Assembly: GCA_038222225.1 (NCBI GenBank)
Contig: JBBRHV010000002.1
Coordinates: 12,484 to 76,483 of the forward strand
Length of the DNA stretch: 64,000 nt
From: Candidatus Omnitrophota bacterium
GTDB taxonomy: Bacteria; Omnitrophota; Gorgyraeia; Zapsychrales; JANLHA01
Reading direction: 5' to 3'
Notes under the pieces: model-generated
Seen by the model: the letters and a program-made list of their open reading frames with translations, nothing else
The model's database searches: none
What the model was told of the DNA's origin: nothing
Translations under genes and position numbers: made by a program
In this document: piece by piece, positions 58,039-64,000 of the stretch
Numbering within the stretch: position 1 is the stretch's first letter
Layout: every line of letters begins with the position of its first letter

Positions 58039-59249
58039 GCCTTCGCCGCCTGTTTTAAAATGCCTGCCACTCCCTGATTGAGACAGAACTGTTGTGTCTT
58101 CCAAGACTTTACAATTTGAGCGCGATAGGTTTTCCAAAGGTCTGCATAGGTTTCCCAACCCATCTTGGGCCCGTGACGATTGACCCACGGTGCGTTCGGA
58201 AAATAACTATAGATGCCATCGGGAAACATATGACTCTTGATCGCTTTAAATGTCCAATATGTCCAATGAAACCCCGCCTGATTAAAACAATCCAAAAGAT
58301 CAATCAGCCACAGGTCCTCCCCCCATTCTCCGGCGCGGGAGTTGACCCCGAATTCTCCGACCAATACCGGCCGCTTTTTCTTTTGGGCATACGTCCGATA
58401 CTGATCAACCATCCGCTTTAAGGTGTTCCGGTTAAAAACGCCCTCCTTCGACCGCAAAGGATATCTCAACTCCGGAATAAAATTAAAAGTGAATTCGATC
58501 GGATGATAAAAATGAATGCTGAAAGCCAGCTGATCATCATCAAAATCCTCCAGCCCCTCCAGATCCATCGCCCACCGGTTGCCCTCCACAAAAACAATCT
58601 GTCTGGAGCCGGCCGAACGAATGGCCTGAATCGCCTTCTTATAAAACGCATTCAGCTTTTTGACATCCTTGACGACCGCTTCATTCAAAAGATCATATCC
58701 GGCGACTGCCGTATGGTCTTTATAGCGATCCGCCAAATATCCCCACACCGCACAGGCCCTTTGCTGATAACGCAAAGAATTCCAGAATTGCGCCTTCCCC
58801 AAAGAATCAGAATGCCAATCATGATTCTGCGCACCGGGAGCCGCATGCATATCCAGGATAACCTTCACATCAACATCTTTAGCCCATCGGAGGGCCCGAT
58901 CAAGATGCGCCACGCCCGCTGGATTGATTTTAAAAGGCGCCGCTTCAATCAAACCACAATGAAACGGCAGACGGACACAGTTAAAACCCAATTGTTTAAC
59001 CCGCTCAAAATCTGCGCGCTGAATAAACTGCTGCTCAAAAGCCTGTTCAAAATCTGCCAGCGCGTTTTTTCCCAGCCTTTGAGCAAAATCTTTTTTAAAG
59101 GCCTGAACCGCAATATTGCGGGCACCCATAATATAGCCTTCCATCATCAGCCATCCGCCGAAATTGACACCCTTAAGCTGAACCGGATTTCTACCGTCTA
59201 TGATCTTCCCGTTACAAATGTGCATACTCTTCATCATCCAGGCTCTCAA
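58032..59249 (-). CDS. glycoside hydrolase family 5 protein (cellulase-like), no obvious signal peptide
   Basis: GH5 signatures: ...GFNCVRLP.., VILDMHAAPG, catalytic acid LLNE, and a later nucleophile region (..GEFG). Confidence 0.75.
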   Translation of the reverse strand: MRAWMMKSMHICNGKIIDGRNPVQLKGVNFGGWLMMEGYIMGARNIAVQAFKKDFAQRLGKNALADFEQAFEQQFIQRADFERVKQLGFNCVRLPFHCGLIEAAPFKINPAGVAHLDRALRWAKDVDVKVILDMHAAPGAQNHDWHSDSLGKAQFWNSLRYQQRACAVWGYLADRYKDHTAVAGYDLLNEAVVKDVKKLNAFYKKAIQAIRSAGSRQIVFVEGNRWAMDLEGLEDFDDDQLAFSIHFYHPIEFTFNFIPELRYPLRSKEGVFNRNTLKRMVDQYRTYAQKKKRPVLVGEFGVNSRAGEWGEDLWLIDLLDCFNQAGFHWTYWTFKAIKSHMFPDGIYSYFPNAPWVNRHGPKMGWETYADLWKTYRAQIVKSWKTQQFCLNQGVAGILKQAAKAS

Positions 59250-60061
59250 TCTGTAAAATACTTCTTTAAAAAGGCTCTGATACCGCCTTCAAATATTTCG
59301 TTGGCTTCTGAATAGCCCTCATTGTGCGAACCTGAAATCTTCAAGAGCTCTTTCGGGACAGGCGCTGCCTCATAAAGTTTAAGGGCCATTTTGTAGGGGA
59401 TCATTTCATCCGAGGGGGAATGAATCAGCAGCTTCGGAACGATAACTCTTTTAATTTTCGATAAAGAATCCATGCGGGTCTTAACCATAAATCCCGGAGC
59501 GATCGGCAAAATTCTTTTGGCCATCTCCCTTGCCGATGTAAAGGCGGACTCCAGAATTAAACCGTTCACAGGGCGTTGCGTGGCTAAATCCACCGCTGCT
59601 GCCCCGCCTAAGGAAACGCCATAGCCGATGATCTTATCCTGCCGGATGTCCTTGCGCGTTTTTAAATAATCAAAGGCCGCCTGAGCATCCTGATACATTC
59701 CCTCTTCACTGGGTTCTCCCTGGCTCAGTCCATATCCTCTGTAATCAATGATAAAAACATTCACCCCGATATGATGAAGAACGGTCAGCCTATCCATGCG
59801 ATTGCTGATATTACCGGCATTCCCGTGCAAAAAGATCAACGTCGGTACCCGGCCAGACCATTCCGCGGCCTTGAGGAACCACCCGTTTAGACTCACCCCA
59901 TCTTTTGTTTCAAAAAAAATATCTTCATATTCAAGGCCGACATCAGAAGGAAAAAAATCAACATACGTCGATGGCAAAAATACGCTTCGCCGTTCAAGCA
60001 GCCTCACATATCCAAAAAGACTCAAAAAAAGCACAATGATCAATCCCACGACTTTCATCAT
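59246..60061 (-). CDS. alpha/beta-fold hydrolase with N-terminal TM anchor
   Basis: N-terminal TM (MMKVVGLIIVLFLSLFG) and the nucleophile elbow GYGVSLGG after LIFLHGNAGN. BAAT/acyl-peptidase-like. Confidence 0.75.
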   Translation of the reverse strand: MMKVVGLIIVLFLSLFGYVRLLERRSVFLPSTYVDFFPSDVGLEYEDIFFETKDGVSLNGWFLKAAEWSGRVPTLIFLHGNAGNISNRMDRLTVLHHIGVNVFIIDYRGYGLSQGEPSEEGMYQDAQAAFDYLKTRKDIRQDKIIGYGVSLGGAAAVDLATQRPVNGLILESAFTSAREMAKRILPIAPGFMVKTRMDSLSKIKRVIVPKLLIHSPSDEMIPYKMALKLYEAAPVPKELLKISGSHNEGYSEANEIFEGGIRAFLKKYFTD

Positions 60062-60073
60062 AAGCCTATCCTA

Positions 60074-60484
60074 TCATGTTTTCTCGTTATCTCTTTTACG
60101 CTGAGGAATTAAAGAAACCATCAGATTAATCGAACGGATAATCTCCTCCATATGACATGGTTTCGTTAAATAATGATCCGCCTGCAGTTTAAATCCCCGC
60201 TTCACGCTCTCCAGCTCATCATTGGCTGAAACAATAATGACCGGCTGCCATTTTTCTGACGGCGGATTAGCGCGAAGCCGCTCTAAGACCTCAAACCCAT
60301 GCATTCCCGGCATGGTCAAATCCAAAAGGATCACATCCGGATCTTCTAAACAGATCTTGTTCCAGGCCGCCTGCCCATCAAGGGCTTTAACCACCTCAAA
60401 CCCGGCCTCGGCCACCTTTTTAGCCATGATATTAAGAACGTCCTCTTCATCATCTGCCATCAAAACCTTGATCGGAACATCCAT
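60074..60484 (-). CDS. single-domain response regulator (CheY-like receiver only)
   Basis: Receiver motifs: acidic pocket ADDEED, phospho-acceptor LLDLTMPGM, conserved K in ..YLTKP; 136 aa, no output domain. Confidence 0.75.
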   Translation of the reverse strand: MDVPIKVLMADDEEDVLNIMAKKVAEAGFEVVKALDGQAAWNKICLEDPDVILLDLTMPGMHGFEVLERLRANPPSEKWQPVIIVSANDELESVKRGFKLQADHYLTKPCHMEEIIRSINLMVSLIPQRKRDNEKT

Positions 60485-60493
60485 TGAAACCCC

Positions 60494-60964
60494 CTACTTC
60501 TTGATTGATGTATAACTGTCCATATCAAAATGAATTTCCTGAACCGGCTTAGCGATCTTATCAATCCCGACACCGGCTTTAGCGAAAAATTGCGTGGCCA
60601 GCGTATCATGAAAATCAGAAAAGGTCACAACCCGCTTGATCCCTGCGGCAATGAGCGCTTTCGAACATGTCGTGCAGGGCATTGTTGTCACATACGCAGT
60701 CGAACCGTCAACAGAACTCCCGTTTCTCGCGGCCTGCATTAAGGCATTCATTTCAGCATGATTCGTGCGTATACAGTGATTTTCAACCACCAGACAGCCC
60801 ACATCTTCGCAGTGGTCATCTCCGGGAATCGATCCATTATATCCGGTGGCAATCACATTGCGCCCTTTAACCAAAATACACCCGCAATGCATACGAGGGC
60901 ACGTGGCCCGTTCGGAAGCCAACATGGCAAGCTTCATAAAATATTGATCCCAATCTGGTCTCAC
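60494..60964 (-). CDS. dCMP deaminase (ComEB-like cytidine/deoxycytidylate deaminase)
   Basis: Zinc-binding HAEMNA and PCTTCSKAL motifs; 156 aa; GTG start preceded by an AAGGAGG SD. Confidence 0.8.
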   Translation of the reverse strand: MRPDWDQYFMKLAMLASERATCPRMHCGCILVKGRNVIATGYNGSIPGDDHCEDVGCLVVENHCIRTNHAEMNALMQAARNGSSVDGSTAYVTTMPCTTCSKALIAAGIKRVVTFSDFHDTLATQFFAKAGVGIDKIAKPVQEIHFDMDSYTSIKK

Positions 60965-61299
60965 CCGCTCCTCCTTTATATAAGCATAAGAATACTATTT
61001 TAATACATTTTATTTTATCAGAAGCCCTTGCCTTTGGAAAGAACCGCCGGCATTTTTTACGGCGAAGCTGTGAACCGTCCTAACAATTCACATCGATCCA
61101 ATCTTACCTTTCAGAATATCCGCAAATTCGACAATGAACGGAACATCGATCTCTTTAAAATGAGCCTTCATTTTTTAAACCGGAAATCCGGAAACCCATG
61201 TCCACATAAAGCGCCAAACGCTCATAGCGGATCGGGCAAAACGCTTTCGGTACTACAGCATATCAAGAAGGGTCCTGCTATCTTTACCGCTGGAAACCG

Positions 61300-61722
61300 C
61301 TACCCAACTTCGCTGCGTTCTCCGCTGTTAAATTTACTTTCGTTGATTGCCTTGCGGATCGTGCTCAGAAGCTCAGGAAGATAGATCGGCTTTGCAACCG
61401 CCCGGTACTCTTGACCATGGATTTCTATACGCTTTTTTCCCTCTTCCTCCAAAAGCACCGACATAAAAACAATCGGAATCTGCTGCGTCTTAGGATCTTC
61501 TCTTAGTTCCTTTGCCAAGTCGCCTCCGCTTTGGTCAGGAATCATAATATCCAGAAGAATCAAGTCCGGCTGATGGACTCTGGCAAGCTCAAGCCCCTTA
61601 CGGGACTCCAGCGCTGTGATCACCTCATATCCATGAGCTTTCGGCAAGCATTTTTCCAAAAGCCGTAATATGCCCGGATCATCATCTACGATCAAAATTT
61701 TTTTCTGTTTGTTCTGAGACAT
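61300..61722 (-). CDS. single-domain response regulator (receiver only)
   Basis: ILIVDDDPGILRLL..., LILLDIMIP, conserved K (AVAKP); 140 aa, no output domain or cognate kinase in the window. Confidence 0.75.
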   Translation of the reverse strand: MSQNKQKKILIVDDDPGILRLLEKCLPKAHGYEVITALESRKGLELARVHQPDLILLDIMIPDQSGGDLAKELREDPKTQQIPIVFMSVLLEEEGKKRIEIHGQEYRAVAKPIYLPELLSTIRKAINESKFNSGERSEVG

Positions 61723-62226
61723 TTATTGCTTTTTGTAAAGTCCGATCAGTTCTGCTTGATCCAGCAGATGACCTTCCATCGCCTTAAGAACATTCTCTTT
61801 GGTCAATCCCGGTACCAAATTCAAATCCGCATCCAAAGCATACAGCTTAAAAAAATACCGGTGCGTTCCCGAAGGCGGACATGGCCCCCCATAATCCTTT
61901 TTCTGGAAATCATTGATTCCCTGAATGCCCGGAATCTCTCCGCGGCTGATAACCTCTCTGGGCGTTATCCCATAGACAACCCAATGGATCCAGATCCCCA
62001 CCGGGGCATCCGGGTCATCCACGATCAAAACCAGCTGCTGTGTCTTGTCAGGAATACCCGCAATATACAATTCCGGGCTAACATCTTCCCCCTGGCAGGT
62101 AAATTCCTGCGGGACCATGCCGTTCTGCTCAAAACTCGGGCTGGTCAGTTCCATGGTCCACCCTCCTGTAGCCATACCCATCAATATCCCTGCGGTCAAA
62201 AAACTTAGCAAACAAAACCTCTGCAT
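61723..62226 (-). CDS. YbhB/YbcL family Raf-kinase-inhibitor-like (PEBP) protein
   Basis: PEBP motifs DDPDAP...W.HWVV and GTHRYFFKLYALD; N-terminal signal peptide; 167 aa. Confidence 0.8.
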   Translation of the reverse strand: MQRFCLLSFLTAGILMGMATGGWTMELTSPSFEQNGMVPQEFTCQGEDVSPELYIAGIPDKTQQLVLIVDDPDAPVGIWIHWVVYGITPREVISRGEIPGIQGINDFQKKDYGGPCPPSGTHRYFFKLYALDADLNLVPGLTKENVLKAMEGHLLDQAELIGLYKKQ

Positions 62227-62235
62227 GAACTCCTC

Positions 62236-62634
62236 CTATAATTTCTCCACCAACACATCGATCAAACCAACCTTCGCCGAACTGATCCTTTTAAACGCTG
62301 CCGTGGTCAGATCAATGACCCGCCCTTGGCGGACAAACCTTCGATGCGGACCGCGGTCATTAACACGGACAATAACAGATTTTCCATTTTCCTTATTCGT
62401 TACTCTTAATTTTGTTCCGAACTTAACGCCCCAAATCGCCGCCGTCATGGCCTGATCATTAAAACTCTCATTATTTGCTGTGGTCTTACGAACCCCCGAA
62501 TCATTGCGGGAATACCATGAGGCCTGTCCATGCAGCGGAAATTCAAAGATGATCGGCGCGGAATGCACCGCATAATACCACCACCCCATTCCCAGCAAAA
62601 GGATTGTGAATTTAAGGCGAGTTCTTTTGTTCAT
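62236..62634 (-). CDS. RlpA-like double-psi beta-barrel (DPBB) protein with N-terminal TM
   Basis: N-terminal TM, then ASWYS...TANNE.F......TAA.....G.KLRVTN..NGKSV.VRVNDRGP......IDL..AAF..I, resembling the RlpA DPBB domain; 132 aa. Confidence 0.6.
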   Translation of the reverse strand: MNKRTRLKFTILLLGMGWWYYAVHSAPIIFEFPLHGQASWYSRNDSGVRKTTANNESFNDQAMTAAIWGVKFGTKLRVTNKENGKSVIVRVNDRGPHRRFVRQGRVIDLTTAAFKRISSAKVGLIDVLVEKL

Positions 62635-62765
62635 ATAGCTTTTCCGATAAAATCGATTTTATTGTAACCTGTAATCACAAACTCAACAAGCAGATTCTCG
62701 AAACAAACATTAAACACCCTGTTTTTTGCAAGTTGTTCTCAACCAAAAATTTACGACATCTCCCC

Positions 62766-62794
62766 TTGCTCAACCTTCCTGGACAAGCTATACT
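62766..62794 (+). promoter_or_regulatory. candidate promoter TTGCTC-17-TATACT for the PIN-PhoH gene
   Basis: -35 at 62766-62771 and -10 at 62789-62794; ATG at 62814. Confidence 0.4.
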
Positions 62795-62813
62795 TCAAAT
62801 AGGATACTTTACG

Positions 62814-64000
62814 ATGAGCCCAAAGCCCAAAAAAATCTTTGTTCTTGATACCAATGTCATCCTGCATGACAGTTCCTGCCTGTACCACTTTAAAGAGCAT
62901 GATGTTGCCCTGCCAATCACGGTCATTGAAGAACTGGACCAATTCAAAAAGGGAAATGAAACCATTCATTATCATGCCCGTCATTTCCTGCGGGTGATCG
63001 ATAAGCTCAGTGAGGACCATCTGTTTAACGGCGGCGTTGCTATTGGCCCCAAACACGGAAAATTTTCCATCCTTTTACAGCAAATCCCGCATAAAAACCT
63101 TACCATGCATTTTGCGCAGGACAAGCCGGACAACAAAATCCTGAATGCCGCTTACTGCCTATCTAAAAAGAACACAAAACGAAAAGTTGTGCTTGTCAGC
63201 AAAGACGTCAACTTACGAATAAAAGCCAAATCTGTCGGCCTGACCGCCGAAGATTATACCAACGATTATGTGCACGATATTTCAGAGATCTATAAAGGAT
63301 ACCGCTTCGAGGAAAATGTTTCTGTTGCGGTGATCGATAAAATGTATTCCAAGCCGTTTTTAATCAGCCCCAAAGAATTAAAGACCAAAAAAAAGCTCCT
63401 TCCCAATGAATATGTGATCATGCGCAATGACCAAAAATCCGCGCTCGGCCACTATGACCCTGAAACAGAGAACATCCACCGCATCCAAAAATTGTCGGCC
63501 AACGGCATCAAACCGCGCAACGCAGAACAGGCCTTTGCCCTGCATGCCCTGTTAAATGAAAATATTAAACTGGTCACGATTTCCGGAAAGGCCGGCACCG
63601 GAAAAACGCTCCTGGCCCTGGCCGCCGCAATGGCCTGCCGGAACAATTACGGTGAAGTCTTTATCGCTCGTCCTGTCATGCCTTTGAGCGGAAAAGACTT
63701 GGGATATCTGCCGGGAAGCGTTGCGGAAAAACTCAATCCGTATATGCAGCCGCTTTATGATAATCTCGGAGTTGTGCGTAAAGAACGCATCGAATCAAAC
63801 CTCAAAAGCAGCAAAGTCCTCAAACTTCTAGAGGAAGAAAACATTGTGATCGCGCCTTTGGCCTATATCCGCGGCCGCAGTTTAGTCGACATCTATTTCA
63901 TTGTGGATGAAGCGCAGAACTTAACGCCGCATGAAGTCAAAACAATCATCACCCGCGCGGGCGAAAACACAAAAATGGTCTTTACCGGAGACATCTTCCA
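62814..64000 (+). CDS. PhoH-family ATPase with N-terminal PIN domain (YlaK/PhoH2-like), 3' end beyond the window
   Basis: Translation from ATG 62814 reads the PIN N-terminus (IFVLDTNVILHD...LPITVIEELD) then a P-loop NTPase (VTISGKAGTGKTLLALAAA...DEAQN) without reaching a stop by 64000. It is absent from the six-frame track because it is truncated. Confidence 0.75.
   Translation, partial: MSPKPKKIFVLDTNVILHDSSCLYHFKEHDVALPITVIEELDQFKKGNETIHYHARHFLRVIDKLSEDHLFNGGVAIGPKHGKFSILLQQIPHKNLTMHFAQDKPDNKILNAAYCLSKKNTKRKVVLVSKDVNLRIKAKSVGLTAEDYTNDYVHDISEIYKGYRFEENVSVAVIDKMYSKPFLISPKELKTKKKLLPNEYVIMRNDQKSALGHYDPETENIHRIQKLSANGIKPRNAEQAFALHALLNENIKLVTISGKAGTGKTLLALAAAMACRNNYGEVFIARPVMPLSGKDLGYLPGSVAEKLNPYMQPLYDNLGVVRKERIESNLKSSKVLKLLEEENIVIAPLAYIRGRSLVDIYFIVDEAQNLTPHEVKTIITRAGENTKMVFTGDIF

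Noticed and set aside
60965-61299. tmRNA, RNase P RNA or SRP RNA in the 335-nt gap
   Set aside because: No tRNA-like T-arm (GGTTCGAATCC-type), no tag-peptide ORF ending in ..ALAA-stop, and none of the RNase P or SRP conserved motifs could be found by eye. It is kept only as an unassigned candidate regulatory region.
1-64000. CRISPR arrays, transposases or integrases, prophage or defence-system signatures
   Set aside because: No periodic direct repeats with spacers, and no recombinase, transposase or defence domains (e.g. SIR2, TIR, STAND, nuclease-helicase pairs) were recognised. The dCMP deaminase is the short housekeeping ComEB type, not a defence-associated deaminase fusion.

Overview
This is a densely coded bacterial chromosomal core region of about 48-50% GC. 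Roughly 75 CDS and one tRNA are supported, and almost all of them lie on the minus strand between ~4.2 kb and ~62.6 kb. I found no rRNA, CRISPR array, transposase or integrase, nor any obvious defence island.

The content is housekeeping. Much of it is arranged in Firmicutes-type (Bacillus-like) synteny blocks:
- cysS | tmk-holB-yaaT(ricT)-metG
- mcsA-mcsB-clpC-[hypothetical]-radA-yacL-ispD-ispF-cysE-cysS
- rpsF-ssb-rpsR-rplI-dnaB
- ispE-spoVG-tRNA-Gln-glmU-prs-ctc(rplY)-pth

In the same window there is a full set of diderm outer-membrane genes: lptF/lptG, lolD-lolC/E, and bamA-skp-lpxD-(lpxC-fabZ fusion)-lpxA-lpxI. Together these point to a Firmicutes-like lineage that has an outer membrane, or to a deep diderm relative.

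Other recognisable genes include pyrE, comFC, alr, tsaB/tsaE, thiL, mtnA, lysS, ilvE, hisG, a membrane-anchored SurA-N/PpiD-like chaperone, a TlpA-like redoxin, cutA, pgeF(yfiH), rmuC, rtcB, dinB, an ABC-F ATPase, rsuA/rluB-type pseudouridine synthase, a TrmH-family methyltransferase, a GH5 hydrolase, an alpha/beta hydrolase, two receiver-only response regulators, dCMP deaminase, a PEBP/YbhB protein, an RlpA-like protein and a 3'-truncated PIN-PhoH (YlaK-like) gene.

I could not identify a clearly novel multi-gene system. The observations most worth a second look are:
- a YacL-like PIN/TRAM gene whose N-terminal TM segment is cut off by a single in-frame TAA
- a SpoVG homolog carrying a ~35-40 aa CxxC...CxxC zinc-ribbon insertion
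- an unannotated 33-aa lysine/arginine-rich bS22-like ORF with its own SD and hairpin terminator between hisG and a TPR gene
- a serine acetyltransferase with an N-terminal hydrophobic extension
- a 335-nt gene-free region flanked by the two orphan receiver genes
- an orphan 73-aa ORF behind a near-consensus promoter

All calls rest on reading the translated ORFs and the DNA by eye; no searches were run.
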